DNA of 64,000 nucleotides from Ophelia neglecta (Eukaryota): NCBI GenBank assembly GCA_965285935.1, contig OZ260667.1, positions 44,888,001 to 44,952,000 of the forward strand, read 5' to 3'. Shown piece by piece: positions 27,065 to 38,655 of this stretch (position 1 is its first letter; each line of letters starts with the position of its first letter). The notes under the pieces were generated by a model. It saw only the letters and a program-made list of their open reading frames with translations, ran no database searches and was not told where the DNA came from. The position numbers and the translations under genes were made by a program.

Positions 27065-28361
27065 CACAGGTACGCAAGGCGTCTATCCCCTACTACCTAT
27101 AGATAACTAAAGGTTTGCAACTTCGCTGTGCGCCCAGTGTTAACACCCCACCGCTACACTAGCAACTTGTCGGTCCAAGTATTAGGCCACCGATATCGCG
27201 TCTAAGTCGTGTTTCTCGGCTGCCATAACAATGTTTGCCAATAAATTCCAAACAATGATTATCTATGCGCACCCTTTGTGTGTTTTAGTCCACTTTAATA
27301 CCATTTCGAGCCATTTCTGGCACTCGTTCAGTAATTTTCGCCAAATATCAATGGTAAGTTGCTTGCCTGTCAAGATCGATCTTCAGCGTAACCAGGCAGG
27401 CCCGCCACATACAGCAGCCACGTAGTACATAGATAGCCTATTGCCCATTGGTCGACCTAGGTTGAAGTCAATCTCGTTCACCTAATGTTTGTCACAGGTT
27501 TCACTCAGACGTTTCACTGTCTACTGGGGCAACAATGTCTCTTAGCTATTTGCAATTAACCTATTCATTCATTTGATTGATTCTGATCAAATCAATCAAG
27601 CCTATTTTGGCCAACTTATTACACGAAGGTCGACAGAATGTCTGTGTGTGTGTGTGTGTGTGTGTGTGGAGGGGGGGGGGCAGGCAATTGATACGATCTC
27701 TAACAGGGGGGGGGGGGGGGTATTGATATTTACACAGTTTCACCTTGCAATAGGGAGATGAGTAGACAAGTAAACAGGTAAATGTCCGAATCGTTCGTAA
27801 AATGTTGTTGGGTCTCCATTCAAGATGGCGGTTCGATCCCATGATACACGGCGATCAGTAATAAAATGCTTATTATAAAATATTTACCCATTCTATGTTT
27901 TTGTATTTATGCACACAAATTCCGAATCGGCAAACACATCGAAAAGAAATAGTGGTTTATTTACCAGTATTTTATTTTGGAAAAATATTAAAGTTACGAG
28001 TCTGACCAATCAGCGGCCGCATCAGAGTCGAGCCCGGTGCCGCCGACTTGTTGACAAAGATGGACGGTCTCCCATGGCTTGAGCCGTACTTAGACACGGT
28101 AAAATATGAATGGGTAGCTCGGATATGATTACTTTTAATCGGGACAGCTTCATTATGGACCAAAAAGAACACACGTTCGAATTAGTTGCTTTTGTGATAC
28201 TTTTATTTCCTGAAAGTGGCGTTGTCTGCCGAAAATCACTGCTGGAGTGAATATATCGCGAAGTACAGCTTGGACCGACAAGTTGCGGGCCCTGCAGCAG
28301 CGAAGTTGCAAACCTTTAGTTATCTATAGGTAGTAGGGGATAGACGCCTCGCGTACCTGTG
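27065..28361. mobile_element. Non-autonomous DNA transposon, P-element-like (CACAG...CTGTG)
   Basis: About 62-bp near-perfect TIRs plus an inner IR gcaacttgtcggtccaag. 8-bp TSD CTTTTAGC at 27057-64 and 28362-69. No transposase ORF. Confidence 0.88.
27643..27668. repeat. (TG)n microsatellite inside the P-like element
   Basis: Direct reading. Confidence 0.9.
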
Positions 28362-28668
28362 CTTTTAGCTGTACAAATCACCGCAGACACATACAGGGAA
28401 GCCAACTTAAACATTTGCTGTTAGCCCAAGGATAAGAACCCAATCTTATGTGGGCATTGCTTCAGTAAGGTCATGCCCACCATTAGGAATCAACTGACTG
28501 ACTGGCTCCTGAGAGGTACAGCCAGACAGAGTTTAAGAGAGCCTAAAATCTCATCTGTTTAGATAATCATCTTACTAATTCAATGTTTGTGCAAAAAAAA
28601 ACATACTAATAATATTTGAAAACATTTTTAAGTTTTTAAATGATATCATAAGATATGCATGAAGGATA

Positions 28669-29673
28669 TAGTGGGTCCCTGCTTACAAGGACGCTCTCCA
28701 TAACGACTTTTTCCTTACAACGACACAGAAGGGACTGCATTAGCGTGTCTTACATGTAATTAGCACCGTATTCAGCGACCCGGTCCAAACGCGCGACCTA
28801 CGACCCGTGAAATGGGCATATTTGGTCAGAAAATCAGTCCACAACGACTGCCATCCGCCATGTTTCCTTGACGCCACATCTCGCGTGAACTTGAAACTGG
28901 GTCGCTGTGCTGACCTTGAGATGGCAGCACTGTGGTGGCTGAATCAAACATGGCGACTGACTTACGGTACATCGATAAGTCCTTACCTCCCCCCAAATGA
29001 AATGTTTCTTTATTAGTTACTTTGTAGTCCTAAGTCTATAATGCACACGGATTACGGGCGCATATTAGCAAATACGGCTCCGCACAGCCTCGGCAATAGC
29101 TGCCGATAACTGCAACAGAGACCTCTGTACGATCGTAATAATTACATATAAGTATACAAAAACGAAGAAACACAGTTTTTTATTATAAGCCTACATATTA
29201 TTTAGTGAAAATTAGAGTTTTGCGTATAAAATATATTTCCAAATTTAAAGTAACAACTAGAATCTACCTAAAGTACTCTAAAGCAATTAAAACCGTTGGG
29301 CAAATTGCAAATTGAAAACTAGCGGCGAAGTGCGATGGCAATTAGTAGCAGAGGTGAGAAAGTATCACCTTTGTTGTCGGAAGCCAAAACTAGCCACAGG
29401 AAGCCACAAACAAATTTATTGGGCGTGCAGACCTTGCATAACAAATAACTGTAGAACTTAATTACATTCAAATGCACACCAAAGAAGAAAATTGAATCAG
29501 AGAGTTCAGCCCTGGAGTGCTAAATGCTGTTAGGTTGTTAGATTTTACTCTGCAATTAGCTGGTAATGTGTAGAATTGTAATCAGATCAGTTGGTTTCCT
29601 CATAAAGACCTACCCCCTACAAAGACCTTGGCAAGACTGCAAAAGGCCAGGTCATTGGAAGCAGGGACCACTG
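28669..29673. mobile_element. Tc1/mariner (pogo/Tigger-type) non-autonomous element
   Basis: TIRs tagtgggtccctgcttacaa / ttggaagcagggaccactg, TA on both flanks, repeated caacgac subterminal motifs. Confidence 0.75.
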
Positions 29674-32068
29674 TATACATTAATCTACAAAGGTCCATAT
29701 AAGGTGAATTTGTAAAGCGTACATTCCCAGTTAATTCCTCATTTGTTTTCAAAAGATTATGGACTACTGGAAGAATTGTGGGGGATCAGGGATAAATTTG
29801 TTGTCTTCATCTGTCATTTTATCTATTACTGCCATTATTTCCTACAGCATAGTCTGTAGTTCAATGATATTCATGCTTGCAATATTTATATTCCTGGATC
29901 ATGTGTATTTCTTTCCATCAATCAAGTAGTAAATTATACATGAAAAATTGTACAAAAAAAATCAAAAGATGGGTTTGAAGGTCTTCCTACGTATGTCTGA
30001 ACCATGTAACTAAATAGAGTACACAAAAGAGGGATAAATGTGTTTGGCTTTGCTGAGCGGCATCAAAGTACCACCTGCTCATATAAAAAACGGTGCCCTT
30101 GGCCACTGAGCTGTAGAGCCATCTAATCCCATTGTGGTCCTTTATTACGTGCGTTTATAGGATTACCATGCTTGCATGATATCACCTGAAAACTGATTTC
30201 TGCTACTGACGTGTAATAGTTTTACATTTCAAATATTTATGTGATGAATTTCAATAGAAATTGGCACGGCTCAACTTCTGACATAATTTTTTGTTTTCTC
30301 TTTTCAATATCAAAACTGACATACACAAGTTATAGATTATTAATACACTACCTAGCTACCCTAATATTTTCCACAAAGAAAGCATTATATTTGTCATATT
30401 AGCCAAATCTACACTAGCTGGTTCTATCAAACAAAAAATACCAATTCCTCATTTCCATGAGAAAAGAGCCTAGCCACAATACCATTCCATGGACCATTAG
30501 CAGTCAAGATGGGGATGGGGCGAGGGCTTTCAGATATTGCAAAAATAAATTTATTTGGCTAGTTTGGTGAAAAAATTTGATGCCATTGAAATCACATCTT
30601 GAAGAGCATATAGCAGAAATTATCCTCGCCTTCACCGGAAAAATGATAGAAGCCAAGAACTAATCCAATAAGATGGTTTTGTTGTCATTTGCCTCAAAAT
30701 GGAAAATTAGCTACACAAAACAAAACGTGCCAGAGCCACGCCCAAAACACTAGTATAATGTGAAAATACCTCGATCCTTAAGATCTGCTCCTGTTACATG
30801 GAGCAAAGCTCTCCAAAGGAACTGCTAACCTATATTGAACATTTGAGACTTCACCAAACACTGCTTGCTTCTAGCCTAATGTAAGAAAGCCAACCCAAAA
30901 CACTGTCAATTGTACAGGTAAATGTGGCTCTTTTGTTTCACCACCGTTTTCAATTTAGAAACAACAGTAGGTTTGGATTGTTTTCCATTATGGTTGTGTG
31001 CTGCAGCCAGCTGCCAGCCCATATGCTGGAGCCAGCCAATCTCAGCTCCAGCATGTAACAGAAACCATTTTTTATACATAGTAAGGAGTCAAGGCACGCC
31101 AATTATTGCGAGACAAAAGCCTAGAGCATGCTACTTAACCGTCTTCCATTGGCTGATCTTAAGTATAAGAAAGACCGTAAGAGTAGGGCTAAAAGTATCA
31201 TAGCCCTAATTTTAAAATTGATGAATAGGAACTGTCACAAGTACACGTATGTACACTGATTAAAAATGTTTAAATTGTAAATAATAAGTTGATATTGTTA
31301 AAACAATATAAGATTTTATTTTGACCTATTCTATCAAGGTCAATTTGATAAAATGATGATTTTGCCCATTCGCTACAGGCTACATCTAAATTTAGCCCCT
31401 ACCAGAGGATCACATTTTCACATCTTTTCATTGGTGACATTTTCAAAGTCACATCATAATCATGATATCAGGTTTTGTTTAGCAGCTAGGAATGATACAA
31501 TATACCAATGTGAGACCATATTTTTTAAGTTAAAAAATACATTGGATCATGTTTTACATTTTCAAGGTTAAATCACTACATCATGAGTTCTGAAAATATT
31601 TTTAAGACGAAGGTCAAGAGGATATAGGCAAATGTCAAAGCACTAAACCATGATTCAGCTTTTTTCAAGGAGCTAGAGGCCAGAACTACGTACATTGGGC
31701 GTCTATACTCTTTGGCTGCTTATCTAGATACAAGGATTTGTTCTCTTGTTTTGACTTACTCAGGTCTTAACCTATCGAGAAACTTCTACTGTCTCTTTAA
31801 TATGTTGGGCCATTGTTTCTTAGTGCCTTCCCTAGTTTGAAATCCCCGCTCCAGGTTGCTTGATCTATCTATGCCACAACTAAGCATAAACAATTACTGC
31901 TAATTGTGAAAATTGTTCCCAAAACAGGTTTCCTGTATTCAGCACGGCAGAAGTAATTAACCCTCCTTAATCTACTTGGCAATTCACTCAGACAGCACAG
32001 ACTGCACACAGCAAGCAGTGAATTTGGTAATATCAATAACCTCCCCCCCCCCCCAAAAAAAACAAAAA

Positions 32069-33426
32069 ACTAGATAGTAGTCGATGTGGATCGAAGTCGA
32101 CTTGAACAGTCAAGCGACGCCTAGCAGCGTCGCCTGGATGCCTCCGCCAATATGTTTATTAGCGGATGAAAGGTTTAGGGGAAAATTGGTCAGAAGCAGA
32201 TGTAGTGCTGAAAAGACTTTAGAGACTTCGCGCAACATACAAACCTTACTTGATGAATCGTGGCGGCCATCTTGTTTTTCCGATCGGTCCGAAAACAATA
32301 TGAACAAAAATAAACCAAAGGTGAAATTCAAGGACACCACTGGATTTCTTGTGTATAATTTCCTATTAGTATTCAAAGCATTTTATATGCCTATCTCTCA
32401 GCATTAAGATTTGACCTTGAAAAATAAACCCAAGGTGAAATGCAACGACACCACTGGATTCCTTGTACATGATTTCCTATTAGTGTTCAATACATATTAA
32501 GCGCCTATCTTACACCGTTAAGCTTCCAAAAGATTCCATGTTAATGCATTTCTAAATTATTGCCCTCGGCGGCCATCTTGTTTTTCCGATCTTGCCCAAA
32601 ACCTTTTCAGCACACTGCAATCTCCCAATGATGACTTCTGTGAAGTTTCATAATAATCCCTGCATCCGTTTGGGAGATTTCGCCCGACATACGAACCTTA
32701 CCCGATGAGTCGTGGCGGCCATCTTGTTTTTCTGATCGGTCCGAAAACTATATGAAATGATCCTCTGCTTGCCATAACAAGCTTCCATGAAGACACAAGC
32801 GAATTCCTCAGAGCCCTGAATAGTTATAGAAATTCAATATGCCTATCTCTCACCGTTAAGATTTGACCTTGAAAAATAAAACCAAGGTGAAATTCAAGGT
32901 CACCACTGGATTCCTTGTATATGATTTCCTATTAGTGTTCAATACATAATATGTGCCTATCTCACCCCGTTAAGCTTCCACAAGACCCCCCGATAATGCA
33001 TTTTTTAATTATTGCCCTGGCGGCCATCTGGTTTTTACGAATTTGCCCAAAACCTTTTCAGCACACCGCAATCTCCCATTTATGACTTCTGTGAAGTTTC
33101 GGAATAATCCTTGCATCCGTTCGAGAGATTTCGCCCGACATACGAACCTTACCTGATGAGACGTGGCGGCCATCTTGTTTTTCCGATCGGTCCGAAAACA
33201 ATATGAAATGATCCCCTGCTAGCCATAACAAACTTCCATGAAGCCACAAGTGTATTTCTCCAATCCCTGAGGAGTCATAGCGGTTCAAAGTGGCACAGGA
33301 CGGTCGGACGGACGGATGGACGGACGGTCGGTCGGTCGGTCGGTCGGTCGGTCGGTCGGTCGGTCGGTCGGTCGGACGGACAACCCGACTACATTATGCC
33401 TCCGGACCCTTCGGGGCGGAGGCATA
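32069..33426 (-). mobile_element. Second HINE family with ~450-bp internal repeats and a (GGTC/GGAC)n microsatellite
   Basis: Minus-strand 5' palindrome ttatgcctccg...cggaggcataa, tetranucleotide microsatellite 33297-33380, repeat units starting at ~32227, 32679 and 33129, 3' subTIR ggcggaggcat, hairpins and a CTAG end, inserted in a T/A run. Confidence 0.88.
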
Positions 33427-33636
33427 AAAACAACAACAAAACTAAACAAGGCAACCATTTACAATGCTAGCAAACATAATAAACCCTTTCAAAATATGAC
33501 TGGTTGTTAGTCTTACAAGACAGAAACTCTCTTAAGACAGTATAAGCATTATATCATTACCTGGAAAAAAAAATCATTATAAACCAGGGTCAAGTCTTGT
33601 ATTAAGAAAACCATCATCCTTCAACTCCTTGCAAAC

Positions 33637-34010
33637 AGTAAGTTGAAAAACCAAAACACTGCAAGTCTAACATGAAAGTCCTCGCAAAAAGTATGTTGAA
33701 AAACCAAAACACTGCAAGTTGTTCATAAAAGTCCTCGCAATAAGTAAGTTGAAAAACCAAATCACTGCAAGTCTAACATGAATGCCTAACAAAAGTAAGT
33801 TGAAAAACCAAAACACTGCAAGTCTAACATGAAAGTCCTCACAAAAAGTAAGTTGAAAAACCAAAACACTGCAAGTTGTTCATAAAAGTCCTCGCAATAA
33901 GTAAGTTGAAAAACCAAATCACTGCAAGTCTAACATGAAAGCCTAACAAAAGTAAGTTGAAAAACCAAAACACTGCAAGTCTAACATAAAATTCCTTGCA
34001 AAAAAATAAG
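33637..34010. repeat. ~52-53-bp tandem repeat, 7 units in an ABCABCA pattern
   Basis: Unit gtaagttgaaaaaccaaaacactgcaagt...; three variants recur with a period of about 157 bp. Confidence 0.9.
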
Positions 34011-35556
34011 CTGAACCAGCCTACCTTAAGCAATGCTAATGTCACATGAAAACATAACTCTAAAATATGTCTAACCTAATGTGAACAAGTCCCAATGCAC
34101 ATCCTCCCTTTTGTGATGAAAACTGACATGCAGCGAGGCTAGTGCCATATGCATGTTATGTTATTATGGGGTGGTACAGAAATGAAATTTGAACAGAAAA
34201 ACACGGATGCTTTAATTGAATACTTGGAAGACCAAAACTTACACCTGACCTTGATGTAAATTCATTAGCGCCTTACTTAGGTAGTGTGTCTACAAGCCCC
34301 AGCCTGTGGTGACTGAGGGCAGGTGGCTGGTAAGATGAGTAGAGAGACAAGTAGCCATTAGCTACCTAATATAGTGGGCAGATGCTACCTCAAGGCTACT
34401 CAGCAGTCAGCAGTCATAACACGAAAGCCCAAATGAATATCAAGGGCTCCCAGAAGGTCCATGATAGCATAGATACTGTGGATTGTGGATGGGAAATATA
34501 ACTCAACTGGTGACTCTACCAGTCCTGTGTGCCAAAGAAAGGGCATAAATGACATTGGACAGAATTTTAATGAAATTGAGCATTTACTCTGTGTGCTGGT
34601 GTTGTGAAAACACATTTAGAGCTCAGTCGATAGGAAACATTTTAAAATATTTGCAATTTTAACAATTAAAGGACACCATACAAAACTCGGACATAACAGG
34701 GTCCATCTCAAACTTTGCTGAGACATAATGCCAACAATTATTATCTTCAAGTTTCATAAAGATGGGATAGTAATTTCTTGAGTTATTGCCTGGAAGAAAC
34801 AAAGTGGACACCATTTCCAAAATGCTCACCAATTGCTGCCTGACAGATCCAACATAATTGAAGAATCAAGAAGGGAGAACACCAGCTCCCAAAATAATAC
34901 AAATAGCCACCACTACTGAAGACAAAAGACAAATCATACTTTAACAGAAAAATGGATAATACATAACTATTTGTACATATACATCCTACCTAGCAAGGAC
35001 AGCTGAAAATAGGTATTTTGAATGGGGAGAGACAGCTACCAAAACAGAAGATGGAATATGGTAGTCACTTAATCCTGATGACAGGCAGATGAAGAAAGAA
35101 AAGTTAAAAGGTAGATCATGCCAAATAATTACATATGTTAATTAATGCAAAGCTTGTATTAATAACTAAAACATCTTAACAATGGCTGCAATGTTTTAGA
35201 ACCTGTGCTATCTTTGCAGAGTCCCCTGAGGTCTTTGGATTAATTCAAATTGGTCGGCCAGTCTCCTTTTTTTATAAAAATTCATAATTCCAGTATAAAC
35301 TTATATTCACAGTTTTGCTCTGAGAATTCATCTTCAAATGCCAAGTCTCAATTATCTCTGTACAAATGCAACTTCATTAATCAGCTTAAAAGATGACCCA
35401 AAGATGTACAGGGAGAGGCAGCATTACCACCTGGTACCAACAATATAGTTAAAAGATTGAATGAGCACCCACAACATTTCTGAGAGTTGCATCACAAGAT
35501 TAACTCAAGTCAACTGAAGTGCATGTTGTAACCAACATTAGGGCCTGGTACATCAT

Positions 35557-35904
35557 GAGGGGGGTTAGGGGAGGGTCTGTTCCCAGGTCACAGTTTGGAA
35601 AATGGACATTTTCCAGTTCCCAGTGAAATATATTGAAATTTCCCAATTCCCTGGGAATTACGTGTTCCCAGAGACTAAAATAACAAAATCCCAATTCACA
35701 AAAATAGATACAAGTTGTCTACATGTATGCATTATCAGAATTGTATTCTTAAAATCAAACTCATAATCCAAGCCCATGTATGTGTCATAGGAGCTCACTC
35801 CTAAATGCACGAGAAATGCGTAATTCCCAGTTCACAGACATATCAAAGTTAAATTGCTGCTTCACAGTAAATCCCGATGGTCTGAATTTCCCCTAACCCC
35901 CCAC
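35557..35904. mobile_element. Degenerate MITE with GAGGGGGGTTAGGGG termini
   Basis: Terminal inverted match (cccctaaccccccac) and internal ttcccag/ttcacag repeats. No clear TSD. Confidence 0.5.
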
Positions 35905-38546
35905 TTTTACGTTAGGTCTTCTCACTGCTCTTCCACTGCCCTCCCTTCATACTGGAGCAGTGGACTGGTAGGATAGTGTAGTTGCGCTATTCTAAGAGAT
36001 GATGGGCCTATACACTGCTCATTCGCCAAGGTTTTTTTAGAAAAATTAGCCCAGGTAGTGAACGCTTTTGCCAGACAAGAACCAACATAAAACTGGCTAT
36101 TTCTCTTATATAAATTGATTTCCTTACAATAAAAATGGAATTTTGAGTCTTAGTAATTAACATAGTAAAATCTGGTCCAATAGCATACAGAGCCTAAATG
36201 GCTACATTTTCTGGGTAATAACTCTGCCTCTGTTCTAGGGGCTATGAGTCTGGTTGGCTAACATAATTTTTATCTTAATTTCCATAACCACAACTGCACA
36301 ACACCCCCACCTAGCTTCATAGGATGTCTCAACCCTGGCCTACCTGAATATCTACCATAATGTTTGTGGTCTGTATGTCAATATCAACTAGGCATTGAGA
36401 CAGGCTGACCTGAACAGGGACGGTTCCCATGGTGAAGTCCTTTGTTTGGATAGCTAACTGGGGCAAGGGGCATTTGGCCAAGCCTGCATACCTGCATTTT
36501 GAACATATCTATCGATGGAAGTCAAAGAAAAAATACAGGCGTATTTTGTTAGAAGAAAAAATACTTAAAATGAACTGGAATACTTAGGAAACTATTGAAT
36601 TCAACATATTTTCCTGGATTATTTTCCATTTTAACCCTGAAAGTAAGCCAAGGTCAAATCTGCTGACTCCCAAATACATCATTCCCTGTATATGCTCAAA
36701 ATATCTTACAAAGTTGAACTGCTCAAATGATGTAAAGGAGGAAGTAATCAAATACTGAATAATCTTTTTTTCTTGGTGTTGATATGGCAACAAAATATAT
36801 ATTCATATTTCCACCAAAAGTTAATCAGTCCACCCAAGTCACAACAATTAATGTAGCTAAATACAGTTAACACTTATCCACACAGTTATTGGTGCCTGGT
36901 TTACTAATCATTGCCATAAACCTCTGGTTAGTATCCAGCTACGTCCAATTAAACTCCTCCAGACTTACTGAGTGAGTAGGAAATTAATATACAGACCGCA
37001 CAGTGTAAGGCTTGACTGAAGTTACTCAAGTTACCATATAATACAAATGGATGACTTAGGGATAGAAAAAATAAGATGTTTTTCTGGTTACACATGATTT
37101 CAAAATAGGGTAGGTAGGAAGGTATTTACTTTCTTACTTTCTTTTATGAGGCCAAAAAAAGGGATGGTAGTCACTGAAGGATAGGCCCTGAATGATTTTC
37201 TCTGGTTCTTTTACCTGATCATTTTAAACATACAACATGCCATCCAAGTAAGTGTCTGTGACACTATCAATTATCTTCTTCTAATAGATGCTGATGGAGT
37301 CACAAAAAAGAAATGGGCGAGCTGAGTATGGATTCTGAATGACCCTTGAGGATAACAGTTTGTCACTGCGACTATAACAATATAATTGTCTCAATATTGT
37401 ATGGCAAAATATCTAACAAATCATATATTACTTTGATATATACAAATCACTTTAATAGTGTTGTCTGGTAATATTTCTCACTGTACCGACTTGATTTCTT
37501 AGACAAGCACTGGGCCATACTTGTTTCATACTTACGAATGCATCTTTCGGGCGAAATATTAAATGCATAAGCTCCCACCATGGATAATTTTATTTTGCTT
37601 AGAACATGTAACCAACATAAAATTTTGTTAACAAGTTTTGGCTATATTTGAGGCCAAACAAAGGATTTTACTTGTAGCCACTCATTGTATATCTCCCCCT
37701 CCAGCACTCTGTTGGATTTAGAGTTTCAATTACAGCCAAAGAATCAATTTCTAATTTCTTCTGGTCCAATCATTGCCAATGATCCTGTAATGCCAGACAA
37801 TATGGGTTTGTAGGCTTTAGAGCTTGCTTTCTGGCTGATTTTTCAAACATACAAAATCATACTAGTGTTTGATTACATGTAAAAGAAAACCAAGAACAGA
37901 GCAAATTTCCGGTTGATTTTGGGTTGGAAGGCATAAGAATGCCAATTTTCTAGAATTCTGAAAATCTAGACATGGTCACAATTGCTCAACTTTGTAAGCA
38001 ATGGCTATTCTATGGAAAAGCAATTTCCTTCCACACTAATGACACTCCTTTTCGTTCACACGTACCCTACTACACATAGCTCCACTGACATGCTTTGGTT
38101 AGCCGTCAATGGAAGAAACTGTGGTGTCGTGCTGAGGTCAATGGGTGAAAATGTGGGATTATGCTGAAAAGAAGTGCTGGAAAAATTGACGCAAGACACC
38201 ACTATACATCTCTTTCAGTGCATCCCCACTATTTGTCACACTGGTCATCCATGTCTATGCCCGTTGTGCCTGACACTTTTCTCCCCTCTCCCCCCCCCCT
38301 CCCCCCGCCCTGTGGCCTCTTGCCCCTCAATATTTGCAGAGGGGAGTTGGGTAAATATGGACCAATCTAGACTCCTCCCCCCTACTACATGGTCGACATC
38401 AATTTATTTTGATTAACATTATTCTGAAGCTGTGAATAATAATCTAATTCTTCCTGACCAGCATTATCATTCTGCAAATTCTATGATTATCATAAATAAC
38501 TGGCAGGGATTGACCAGGGGAGAAAGAAGGTATACATGTACTTTAC

Positions 38547-38655
38547 CTTGATACCTGACTACTGAGACATCATTTGCAATTGCTAGCACTACATCCAAGA
38601 AGGTAATGAGCAGGATCAAGCCGGTGATGAGCCAGGCCGGACAAACACCCTCCAT
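38547..38655 (-). CDS. Uncharacterised secreted protein, coding exon 1 (signal peptide MEGVCPAWLITGLILLITFLDVVLA-IANDVSVVRYQG)
   Basis: ATG in ggATGG context, hydrophobic h-region ending V-L-A, donor CAAG|GTAAAG in phase 1. Upstream acceptors at 38657 and 38787. Confidence 0.7.
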
